A DNA stretch of 64,000 bases from Piromyces finnis finn (Eukaryota > Fungi > Neocallimastigomycota), in assembly GCA_002104945.1 (NCBI GenBank), contig MCFH01000011.1, forward strand, positions 806,001 to 870,000. The letters are read 5' to 3'. Numbering within the stretch: the first letter of the stretch is position 1; every line of letters starts with the position of its first letter. The position numbers and the translations under genes are program-made. The notes below the pieces were generated by a model, which saw only the letters and a list, made by a program, of their open reading frames with translations, ran no database searches and was not told the DNA's origin. Shown piece after piece: positions 51,715-64,000 of this stretch.

Positions 51715-54708
51715 AAAGATAAAAAGAGACACATAACCCCCTCCTCCTCCTCTTCCTCAGTAACTCAATACACTATCATTCTTTCATTATTATTATTATG
51801 ATGATGATGGACAGTTGAAGTGTTTTTTTTAAAAAAAAAAAAAAAAACATTATACTCATTATACCTTTATTTTTTTTTCTATCTCTTTAAATTCTATAAA
51901 TTCATATTGGGTAAAAATAAAAAATGAATTCATACTTTATTCTTTATCTCCTTTATCCAATGATAAACAAATTAATAAATTTTAAAAAAGAATAGATAAT
52001 TTCATAAGCTATTTCATTTTTATTAAATAATGGTTTATCAACTCTAATTTAAATATTCCCCATAATTTATAAATGTAGAAGGAAAAGGGAACGCTATTAC
52101 TTTATTAATGAACATAAAAAAAAAAAAAAACATTTTATATATATTTAAACATTAAAAAATTATAATGTAAATAATTGTACATTTAATTGATTCATGTTTA
52201 TATCCTATGATACAACCTGTTTATCTTATGATAATTAATAATTCTATGAATAATTTTCATATATTTATAAAAAGTCTAGATTTTTTTTATAAATTCAAGA
52301 AAATTATCCAATAGACTAAAATTATAATAATTAAAGTTTAAAAGGATTTTGTATACATTAAAATTATAATTATTAAGATTTATGTCACATATTACATAAA
52401 AAATGACAGTTTATCAATTTTGATAGATTTTTATTCTATGAAAATTATTATAAAATATTTTCAATTCCTAAATCAACCTATTAAGCAAAAAAACCAATAA
52501 ACCATAATAAAAAAAAAAAAGAGAATGAATAAATTACAAAATATTTCAAATATTTCAAACATTCACTTTTTTTTGAATAATAATGAGAAACAAAACAAGA
52601 AAAAAAAAAAACTCTAATAAATAATGAATTGCTTTACAAGTTTTACAAGTTGTATGATTACTATTATTATAAATCATAGCCTAAACATTTTTTCATAAAA
52701 AGTTTATTAAATATAAAATTTATTAAATTTTGTTTATTTTTTATTTTTGTTTATCTTCTTTTGATGGGATAAAAATACCCAAGGAATGAATTAAAAATAT
52801 GGATGGATTTTTTTTTTTTTTTTACTATAAACAATTAAAAATTAAAATCCAAAAGAGGAGAACTTTTTTTTTTTACTAATAATACAAGCTATTCTTTTTT
52901 TATGGTATTTTAAAATAAAACTTTTTTGTATTGGTAGGCTGTTATGATAAAGATTTAAAGAAAAAAGAAAACAAATTCCTTTTATGAAATAATTAATTAT
53001 ACAATTATTACTACTAATAATAAATAACTTTGAAATAATTTTTGTGGTATAATGAATATGCCTTTTTTTTAACCCTATAACATGGATATTACTAAATTCT
53101 AAATTTAATTTTTTAATGTATGTTATCTAAACATCATAATAAGAAAATGAAAAAACATCTTCATTACCATAAGAGTAAAAAAAAAAATTAAAGATAAAAA
53201 AATATACATTAACCAATTTGAATGATGATTAAAAATTCATTTTAATTATTTTTAAAAGAATCTTTTAACAAATAGTTTATATTTAAAAAGGCAACTTTAA
53301 ACAATTTAAATAAAAAAGATAAAAGAAAAAAAAAATATAAAAAGTTTTAATTATTTTTTAATTTTTTATATTTTTTCATGCAAGATAACCACATGGATTT
53401 TAATAGACAATTTATTAAATATAATATAAAAATATAATTAAATATAAAAAATCAATTTTAATTGAATTTCTTCAAATATAAATAATTTAAATGATTTTGT
53501 GTTACTCTTTTAAAACAAATATAGAAATTATGAAAGATTATAATAAATTAAATTAAAAAGGAATCATTTTCATTTTATTGGTCTTTAATATATCAATATA
53601 TTAAAAATTTACTTGTAAATGCTTGTTTAATTTTATTTTTATAATAAATAAACTTTTGATTTACCCATTTTCATTTATTTTACTGATTAAATAAGCGGTT
53701 AAAGTATTAACAACCAAAAGAATTAAATTAAATTTATATTATTAATTTATTACATTGTTCTACAAACCCATCAATTTATGTATTTGTATTAATTTAATGT
53801 ATTTGTATTCAATATTTAGTGGTCTAGAATCAAGCCACAAATTGTATATAAGAAAGAAAATTTTTTTGTATTTTAAATTTTCATAGCTATCATATATTAA
53901 TAATTTTAATATATTAATAAACTTTAAATATTATAAAACAAAATATAATATACAGTTTATATAAAGTAAAGGTATTTTTATTAATTCTAATATTTCATCA
54001 ACTTAATTTAATTTATTTTTAATAGGAAAATTATAGAAAAAAAAAATAAAAAACTTAAAAACTAATACCGTTTCATATGATTTCAATTTTATAATAATTA
54101 AACTTTTGATTTTCAGGTTTTTAATTAAATGACATTTTAATTCACCAACCATTTTTTAGTAAATTTTTATGGGTTAAAATGTTTAATTTATGTTTAATAA
54201 ATAAAGTTTAATTATTATAAAATTAGTCAATATGAAACATTATATATAACAGCTAATATAAAAATAGAATAGTACCTTAATATTGGTTTTGTTTTTTTTT
54301 GGTAGTTTTTTTTATCAAAAAATTTCTTTTTTTATATTAATAAAAGTGTAACATTTATATATATAAATCTAAAACCTTAATTAATATAAAATTAATTTTT
54401 TGTTAATTCTTTTCCAATAAAATTTAATAAAAAATAAGACCAAAAAAAATTATATTTAAACTAAAAAATTTCCCATTTTTAAATTTGTTTTTTTTAAGCT
54501 TTTATTTATTATTTATTAAAAACAAAAAAAAAATAGAAAAACTACCATTAAAAAAGAAATAGTAGTTTTTTTAGTACTTAATTTATAATAATCATTTGAA
54601 AATAAATTCAAATACCAAAATAAAAATATTTATTAATATATACAAAAATAACAATATAATCAAAATAAATAATAATTAAAATTTAAAACATATTAATATA
54701 TAATAAAA

Positions 54709-57142
54709 ATGAAAAAGTCTACTATTTTATCTGTTGTTTTAGCTGTCGTTGGTAAGACTATGGCAGATTGCTGGTCTTCTGCTTTAGGTTACCAATGTTG
54801 TAAGGGATGCTCCGTAATTTCTGAAGATGCTGATGGTAAATATTATAAAGCATAAAAAAATAAAAATGAAATATTAAATTAACATTTAATATTTTTTATT
54901 AAAAAATTAATAAATTGAAAATAAAAAAGGCAAATGGGGTTTTGAAGACAAACACTGGTGTGGTATTGTTGATGATGTTTGTAAGGAAATCAAGGAATCC
55001 TGCTGGTCACTCCCAGGTAAAAATTTATTCAACGCATATAATAATAAAAAAAGTTTTATAGAAAATATAAATGAAATAATATTTTATAATAACAAAAATT
55101 TATTTTAAAAAAAAACTAATAATAATATTAATAACAATTATAATGTTTAATGAAAAAAAAAAGACTATCCATGTTGTAAGACTACCAGCCTCGTTGTCTC
55201 ATCTGATGCTGAAGGTGACTGGGGTTATGAAGACAACCAATGGTGTGGTATCGTAAAGGATGCTGTTAATAATGATTGCTGGTCTCTTCCACATTACCAA
55301 TGTTGTAAGGGTAATGTTGTTGTTCAATCTGATAGCAATGGTGATTGGGGTTACGAAGACGGTCAATGGTGTGGTATCATCAAGAAGACTGAAGGTGGTA
55401 ATGAAAATACCCAAAATGGTGAAAAGCCAAATGTTTCAATTAATGCTGATGCTGTTCCACCACAATTCTCTATGGAATCTGGATTCTATGAAAATGTTGA
55501 AGGATTAAACTTAACCTTAAACTCTGAAGGTACTATTTTATATACTCTTGATAGTACTGACCCAACCACTTCCTCAACTGCTAAGGTTTACGAAGGTCCA
55601 ATTAAGATGTACGATAGATCTATTGATGAAAATGTTATTAGTAAGTGTGAACACATCGATAAAAGTCCAATATCTATTACTTTACAAACCAACTACAAGG
55701 CTAGTCCAGTTTTAGCTGATAAGGCTACCGTTATTCGTGCTGTTACTAAGTTCGAAGACGGTTCTTACAGTCCAGTTGTCACTAAGACTTTCTTAGTTAT
55801 GAACAGTGAACAACTCAAGTTCTACTCTGAAATTCCAATTGTTTCTCTTGTTACTGAACCAAGCAACCTTTTCGATAAGGATACTGGTATTTACGTTACT
55901 GGTCAACAATACATTGATTGGATGAATGGTCCAGACTACAATCCAGCCAAGAGTGAATGGGATAGTGACAATATTGCTAACTTCTACTCCAAGGGTAAGG
56001 AATGGGAACGTCCAGCTTCCTTTACTCTCTTTGAAGATGGTAAGGAAGTTAAATCTCAAAATGTTGGTATTCGTATTAAGGGTGCTTCTACTAGAAACTC
56101 TCAAGTTAAGAGTTTCAACATCTACGCCCGTAAGGAATACGGTGAATCCAAGTTTGAATATGAAATTATTAAGGGTAACAAAAACATTAATGATGGAAAG
56201 AATATTACCAAGTATGATTCCTTCAGTCTTCGTGCCTGTGCTTGGTTCGATAAAATGAGAGAAAGTGTTGTCCAACGTGGTCTTAAGGAATCTCCAATTC
56301 TTGCCACTTTTGATAACAACAAGTCTTTAGTTTTCATTGACGGTGAATTCTGGGGTTTATATGAACTCATTGAAAGAGCTTCTGCTAACTACATCAAATC
56401 AAACTACGATATTCCAAAGGACAATGTTGCTTTAATTAAGAATGATGAATTAGAAGAAGGTACTGATGCTGACCTTAAGGACTTCCAAGATCTTGTTAAG
56501 TTCTGTAAGAATAATGATCTTACTAAGGAACAAAACTACAACTACGTTGCTAAAGTAATGGATCTTGATAGTTTAATTTACAACTATGCTACTGGTTTAT
56601 ACCTTGGTGTTTGGGATTGGCCAAACAGAAACTACCTTGTTTACAGAAACAATGGTGAACCAATTGAAGGTAATCCATACGCTGATGGTAAATGGAGATG
56701 GGGTTTCTTCGATTTCGATTATTCTACTGGTCTTACTTACGATTCTTTCGGTGGAGTTAAGGGTTACGCTCACGATTCCTTCAGAAAGTTCCAAAGTAAG
56801 AAGAACGAATTCCCAACTCCAATCTTTAGTAGATTAATGAAGAACAAGAAGTTCTACAAGAGATTTGCTGAAGTTATGGAAATTATGGCTGAAGAAGTTT
56901 TCAACCCAGAAAAGATGAAGAAGATTGTTGAAGAACAAAAGGCCAAATACTTAAAGTACATTGTTAAGACTGACTGGAGATGGTTCAACGGTACTCCAAA
57001 GATGTCTTTTGAATCTTTCTCTGAATCTCAAGGTGAATACTTTACCGGTGGTTGGGATGATATGACTGAATTCTTTGAAAACCGTCCAAAATACGCTTAC
57101 GATTTAATGGTTAAGAATTACGGTGCTGTCGATAAAGAATAA
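54709..57142 (+). CDS. cotH: Secreted cellulosomal CotH-type kinase: signal peptide, 3 fungal dockerins (NCDD/CBM10-like), chitobiase-C/Fn3-like domain, CotH domain; 3 exons, ~730 aa
   Basis: Exons 54709-54835, 54930-55016 and 55164-57142. Three CW..(L/P).Y.CC...D.(E/D)G.WG.E...WCGI dockerin units; ILYTLDSTDPT..YEGPI (Fn3-like); CotH motifs GIRIKGASTR...KSF, FIDGEFWGLY...ER, DWPNRNY..YR and W.WGFFDFD. Confidence 0.93.
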
Positions 57143-58428
57143 ATTTTATACAATTCAAACGAAAAAAAAAAACAAATACCTTGATGTACATAAAAAATAA
57201 AAATTAGAAATAGAGTTTAAAAAAAAAAAAATACCATTTAATATTTATATAGAGAATTAAAAGTAAAATAAAAAAATTTAGAATAAAAAAATTTCTTTAT
57301 TTTCTTTTTTTTTTTTTTATTATTATCATTATATAGAATTAAGTCAAAAGAATTCCTTTAATTTAAAAAAAAAATAATAGATATTTTTTATAATAAAAAA
57401 TTTAAAAAAAAATTTAAAAAGAAAAAAAAAATACTTTTAATTTTAGTGTTTAAAAAAAAGGTATATTTCAATGAAATGTTCATGAATAAAGAATACTATT
57501 TAAAAAATTGTAAAGTATTTATCCTTTTACAAAAAGTAAAATAAATAAAAAGAAAAAGTCCTTTAAAAAAAAAAAATGAATAATAATTATCACTGTTGTT
57601 GTTTTAAAACCAAAGTTTGTATTTTTTTTTTTTTTTTTACCAATCGGTTTTTTCTTTAGAAATATTCTTTTATTATTTTTCTTTCTTTCTTTCTTTCTCT
57701 TTATTTACAAATTTCAATTATAAAAAAAAAAAAAAAAATTGAATCTATAAAGATTCAATAAATAAAATTAAAATAAAAAAAAAAAAAAAAGGTATTATAA
57801 AATTTATAAAATAAAAAAAAAAAAAAAAGGTATAATCAAAAAAAAAAAAAAGATAATACTTTATTTAAAAAGTATATATATATATATATATCTTTTTTTT
57901 TTTTCATTTTAATTTTTTTTTTCTTTTCATCCTAATCATTTTAGGAATGATAGTGAGTAAAAGTTTTTTTTATTTTTTTTATAAAATACTTTCACCAAAA
58001 AAAAAATACTTTTTTTGAATAAAATTTTGCGATAGCATTTAATATTTCCCCCCTGTTTATATTAAATATCATGAAGTGATGTATGCATGTATGTACGTAT
58101 GTTTTTATATATTATTAGATTATGATGATGACTGCTTTTCTTTTTTATTATCATAAAAAAAATTTTTTTATAGTATTTATCATTTTTTTTAAAAATTGAA
58201 TTTATGAGGTTGTTGTTGTTGTTGTTGTTGTTATTTTTTTGGCATTGATGATAATAATTTTGTTTTGCTTTGTTTTGTTTTTTATTATTATAAAAAAAAA
58301 AAAAGGTATATTTACATAAATATATGTATTTTGTTTTATTCGTATTTGTTTGTTATTTTTAAAACCAATAGTAAAGAAAATAGAGTTAAACCATAAAAAA
58401 ACTTTAAAATTGTCTCTTAAAATAATAA

Positions 58429-59572
58429 TCATGATGTTATTTGAATTTGAGCTTGATGCTCTTGATGCTCTTGATGCTCTTGATTTTCTTGATTTTCTCG
58501 ATTCTTTCGTGCTTCTCTTTCACGTTGTTTTAATATTTTCTTATTTTCCTTAAAAGTGAAATAATCTTCTTCTTTATACTCATCTTTTTTTTTTTTTTTA
58601 GATATATGAATATACAAATTATATAAATTAGGATATAAACATCGAAAACTAATACAATTTACATATATTAATTTTATACATTTAAATTTTTCTATTTTTA
58701 CCTGGAATTTTAATGTTTAAAATTTTCTTACATTCATGATTTCTAATTTTAAGAAGTTTTAATAAATATAACATTGTATAATAGGCATCATTTCCTTTTT
58801 TTTTTTTTAAAAAAAAAAATAATAAAAATAACAATTAAATTATTAAAGAATATATATTAAAAATAGAAAATTAAACGAAAAATAGAATAGAAATGACTCT
58901 ACAAAAAATATTATATAAAAGTGAAATAATAAAAAATTTGTATTTACCTGCATTATGTAAATGACGATAAGATATATCCAATTTCTTTAAACCTTTTTCC
59001 AAACCTATTGGTTGTTCAAGGTATCTTCCAGTATATATATCCAAAGTATCAATAATACCAAAGTGTTTTGAAGAATTTTTCAAAACATTTTTTTCATTAA
59101 ATTTTGTAAATTTAGCACCAAATTTTGATAAATGACGAATATCATTATTAATTCCTTGACCAACAATATAATTAACTCTTTGTAAATCTCGGTTTAATTC
59201 TTTGACAATAGCAGTCAAACTTTGTGTATCCGAATGACCAAAATCAAAATTTTCTTTATTATCATCTACAAATTTCCCATTACGAAGATTTAAATTTCGT
59301 TTGACAATTCCATGTTTTGTTTTGACAATGGTGCCATTTCTTTTAAAAATAACCCAACCAATTTCAGTTATACATCTATGATTCCTTTCATAAGTTTCTG
59401 TATCTATGGAGAGATAGAGTGCATTTTTTCTGAAATCTTTGGAAATCATATCACATAATTTAATTTTATTTTGAAGTTTTACCAAGTGATAACATGTTTC
59501 TATACCGCTTTCTTTTAAAATAAATGAAGGAATGTTATCACGTAATTTTAATTCTTCATTTAATGCATCCAT
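58429..59572 (-). CDS. Gfd2/YDR514C (QIP-like) DEDDh 3'-5' exonuclease, 3 exons
   Basis: Exons 59572-58948, 58794-58702 and 58583-58429. Motifs SIDTETYE...ITEIGW, RNGKFVDDNKENFDFGHS, VGQGINND, IIDT, and LHNAGNDAYYT formed across intron 1. Confidence 0.85.
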
Positions 59573-61829
59573 TTTTTTTTTTTTTTTTTTTTTTTTTGAA
59601 AAAAAAAAAAAAATGAAAATGAAAATATTGAAAAATATACTATCGTTGAGTTGTTGTTGTTGTTGTTGTTGCTTTAATTTAATATTGAATTTTATTATCT
59701 TTTTTTATTTTATATCAAAGTTTTTATTAGTTTTGCTTATTTGTTTGCTTTAATTATCTTTAAATTTATATATATGTGTATTGGTTTTTGTTTTAAAATA
59801 ATTAAAGAAAAAATAATAAAATTAAAATAAAATAAAAAAGTAAATATAGTTTTATATTAAAAAAAATTTTTTTTTTTAAATAGTATTTTAAAATATATTT
59901 TTTTTTTATTTTATTATTAAGTGTCCTTTTTTTTAAAAAAAAAAAAATAAAGGTTTTTAAATGTTTTATAATGAATACTCTAAAAAAAAGAATGACATCT
60001 TTTTATACATTTTGGATTTAAATAGAAAAGTAATAAACTTTTTTTTTCTTTATTTATTTATTTCAATACTCTTTCAAAAAAAAAAAAAAAAAAATATTTA
60101 AATGAAATAAAAATAGAAAGTAAATTATAAACTTTTAAAAACCAATTAAACAAATATTAAAATTGTTTATTTATTTATATATCCTTTGTCCACTTTTTAT
60201 TTTTTTTAATTATTAATTTTTTAAAGAAAAAAAAAAGTTTACTTTTTATTTTATTTAATTACTTTATTTTGGAATAAGAAAAAAAATAACTATTTTATTC
60301 TTGGAATCATCTTTTATTAATCCCAATTTTGATATGGTGATAATTATCTTTTATTTTGTTATCAAAAAAAAAAAAAAAAAAAAAAAGAAGGAATCCAGGA
60401 ATATTAATGCAACTAGTAACAATGAATTAAAGTATTTAAATCTAATTATTTAAAAATATGTGATAAATAATAATTTATTTCATAGAATACTTTAATATAA
60501 GCATAGCTTGTTTATTTTATGTTTTAGTTATTATTACAAACATCATCATTTATTTTTATTTAAAAAAAAAAAAAAAACTTTAAAAGCATTTGATGTATAA
60601 TCCCCAGAATGAATGAATTAAATTGATTTAAATTGAATTAATAAAATTAACTTATTTTAATATATAATACAATATATTAAAATAAACTAATAATTTTTAA
60701 TAAATAAATTATTTTAATTTGTATTACTAGAATATAAAAAAAAAAAAAAAGAATATACAAGGTCAATTATTTTGACATTTTTGACATTATACTTTTAAAC
60801 ATTTCTAGCCATATTAATAGCATTAATTGTAGTATTCATGTTTTTATTTCATAGTAATATTTTAAAAATTAAAAAAAAAATATTATTAATATTAATACTT
60901 ATAATTATGTTAATTTACTAAAAGTTTTTATTTGATATCTAAATATATAGAAGAAAAAAAAGGAATTTATTTTTTTATATTATTGATTTTATTTATATAA
61001 AAAGGTTGGCATACTACTATATATTTATGAAATTGTAGGTCAGAAATAAATTTACTTTACACTTTTAATTATTTGGGTTTTATCATCTTTTATTTATCTT
61101 TATTTTTTTTATAATATAAATATTGTAAATCACTTAATAGAAATAACCAAAGAATAAAAAAATGTAATATGATATTAATTTAATAAAATCCAAATACATA
61201 AAAAATACATAAATATTATTTTGGAATGTACTTTATTTTTACCTAGTATCTTTTTATTCCTTTGTATTTTATTATGATTTAAAGGTATAATTAAATAGAA
61301 TAGAAATATTTAAATTCAACTTTTTTTTTTTTTAATAAATTAAGTCAATGGAGTCGTCAATATTTTTTTTGACAAAAAATAGAATGTATTTTCTGTTTTT
61401 ATTTAGTTTTTTTTTTTTAATAAAAAAAAAGTGTTATGTTAATAATTATTACGATAATGTATTAATAGATTAAAATATAGTTAATGATATATATACCATA
61501 ACATTCTTTTTTTTTTTATTGTTATTCTAATCCTTTTTTTTATAATAACATACTCTATTAATATATAAAAAATTTAAATTAAAATGATAAAAAATTATAA
61601 TAATTAAAGTTTAATATCTATATTTAATGCAACGTTTATTCATTACTATTCATTACATTTAATTATTTATTTATAGTTCATTATATAAAATACATATACA
61701 ATTTACATAATAAGCCATAATACTAAATATATATTTGGTATCTCTTATTTTGTTATGAGTATTCTTTTCTTTAATTGTTCTTTTTTTTTTTTAATAAGTT
61801 GATTTATACTTTCTATTAGTTTATATATT

Positions 61830-62120
61830 CTATATGAAGTAGATCTTACTAACCCTACTATTCATAATAAGCTTCCTGGCTCTTATATCTTTTTTCTTTT
61901 ACCATGTCTTTTGTTACACCTTTTTCGTAGTAGTAATCTAGAGTGTCAAATACTTTTATAAGATCCATTGTATCAATATTGCAGAAAATTTCTATACTTT
62001 TTCTTTCTATATAAAAGAATCCAAATCCTCTCTACATAATAGGAAGTATAATTCTCGTTTCCATATATGAAAATTAGATCTATCAAATAAATCCATTGTT
62101 CTTTCATTATAAAAATTCAT
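61830..62120 (-). mobile_element. Degenerate Ty1/copia-like gag N-terminal remnant
   Basis: Reads MNFYNERTMDLFDRSNFHIWKRELYFLLCREDLDSFI*KEKV*, then after a frameshift ...YYEKGVTKDMVKKKDIRARKLIMNS. This matches the copia gag patterns (D/G).NF..WK..(L)..LL...DL and KKD.(K/R)A...I.NS. It has two stops and a frameshift, and no pol or LTR was found. Confidence 0.6.
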
Positions 62121-62689
62121 TCTACCTTTTTTTTAGTATAATTTTAAACTATTCAAAATTTCCATAATTACACGTAGATCTGTTTATATTAATGATGAGA
62201 GAAAAGCATGTTAATATTAATTAATTACATTTAATTAGTTATCAATAATTAAGTACATATACATGTACATTCTATATAATGCGCCATAATATATTAACTA
62301 CTGGGTTTATTATCTAATAAATATTATCGTCCAAAAAGATAAGAAAAAATTACCAAAAAGATTTACGATAAAGGTAGTTTTAATACTTTATTTATAGATG
62401 AATAGTATTATAACTTTTTTTTTTATTTTAACAATTAGTTTTATATAGTTTCAATCCCTTTAGTTTTTTCTAATAACCTATTTTAGGTATCAATTACCAT
62501 TGATATCTCTAATTTTAATATCATTATCAATTCCTTTTTCTTTTTTTTTTATTATTATAAAGTAAATTATTATTACTATTAATTACTAATATTATTATAC
62601 TTAATAAGAATTAAAATATATTCTGGTTTACTTTTATTTTTAAAATATTATAATTAATTATTATAGGTTATAATTTTTGATTTATTATT

Positions 62690-62730
62690 ACTCTAATTAT
62701 TATTATTATTATTATTATTATTAATATAAA

Positions 62731-62773
<43 letters not shown>

Positions 62774-62797
62774 GATTATTATTATTATTAATATAAA

Positions 62798-62833
<36 letters not shown>

Positions 62834-62870
62834 CATCATCATCATTATTATTATTATTATTATTATTCTA

Positions 62871-62936
<66 letters not shown>

Positions 62937-62971
62937 CTAATTCTTATTATTATTATTATTATTATTATTAA

Positions 62972-63054
<83 letters not shown>

Positions 63055-63085
63055 TAATTCTTATTATTATTATTATTATTATTAA
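62690..63085. repeat. (TAT)n satellite with ATTCTAATT variants (reverse complement of the AATTAGAAT type)
   Basis: Directly visible. Confidence 0.95.
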
Positions 63086-64000
63086 TCCAACGGCTTTTTT
63101 ATTTATTTAAAATCGCATAAAATTAATTTTTTTTTTAAATTAAAAAATTCCAAAGGCACAATACTAAAAAACTACTTTTTATCTTTTCTTCCCATAATTT
63201 TGGAAAAAAAAAATAAAAAAGATTAAATTCTCCATTTTTTTAATTATTTATTAATTAAATATTTATTGATAATTTTATATTAAAATAATAATCCTTTTCC
63301 TTTTCCTTTTTTTTTTTTAAAAAAAAAAGGAGAAAGATTAGAATGAGGTAGGTAGAAGAAAATGAAGAAATGAGATTATGGAAGGTATGGGTCAATTGGA
63401 TTATCAACAACAACAACAACAACAAAAAGATACTTAAAATATTTAGATTCCAAAAACTTTAATTTTTTATTATATAAAAACCATTCCACACAATACAATT
63501 TTTTTTTTTTTTTTGAAAAAAATCATAGTCAAATCATATGGATTGATGTGAAACTTTTTCTACTTTCTTTTCTTTAGTAAAAATATACATTCATTCCCTA
63601 ACAATATTATATTTTGTACTATACGATGAGGTTGTGAATGATTTTTAATTCATCCTTTTTTGAATTCACCATTAAAAAATTAAAATTCTCCGTGTCACGT
63701 TTTATTTTTTTCTTTTTTTTCTTTACCCCTTCGTTATTTAAATAGAAAAAAGTATGACTTTTTTTTTTTTGTTTAGCAAACTTTTTTTATGATTTATTAT
63801 TTATTTAGATTAGGGGATGCTAGCTTTTTTTCCTTTAGTATACAAATAAATAGTGTCATGATCATATTATCATATTATCATAAAACCAAAAAAGTATTAC
63901 ACATTATTACAACTATTACAACACAATAATAAAATCATAAATCATATTTTTCTCTAACCGGTAAAAATACTTTTTTTTTTTTTTTATAAAATTTAAAAGG

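Noticed and set aside
55199-56837. Several overlapping short ORFs within the CotH gene
   Set aside because: Alternative frames of a relatively GC-rich, codon-biased exon.
46880-57142. GNAT array plus CotH kinase as one functional modification system
   Set aside because: The GNATs are cytosolic and CotH is secreted; they are 3 kb apart with no shared motif, so adjacency alone is not evidence.
62270-62300. ttatggcgc (minus strand) as a possible copia primer-binding site
   Set aside because: Only a partial match, and no LTR termini or second LTR were found.
63350-63438. Small poly-Q ORF (MEGMGQLDYQQQQQQQKDT)
   Set aside because: Too short; explained by a CAA microsatellite.

Overview
This window is extremely AT-rich, intron-containing eukaryotic DNA, almost certainly from an anaerobic gut fungus (Neocallimastigomycota); the strongest indicator is three non-catalytic fungal dockerin domains fused to a CotH kinase. 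I reconstructed 17 protein genes by hand from GT-AG junctions. A conserved core block (~13.8-36 kb) holds CKS1, MDM31, a RAD54B-type SNF2 helicase with micro-exons, a SMAP-domain protein and a FOP/CEP43-like centriolar LisH protein. It is flanked by accessory genes: a transglutaminase-like fragment, an orphan 7TM protein, a Cof-type HAD phosphatase, a mucin-like secreted repeat protein, two 4-TM orphans, a divergent Hsp70/actin-fold protein fused to a coiled coil, four tandem intronless bacterial-type GNAT acetyltransferases, a dockerin-CotH kinase and a Gfd2/QIP-type DEDDh exonuclease. There is also a decayed copia-like gag remnant and several satellites. The best candidates for undescribed biology are the GNAT array and the Hsp70-like coiled-coil protein. 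All family assignments rest on motif recognition, not database searches.
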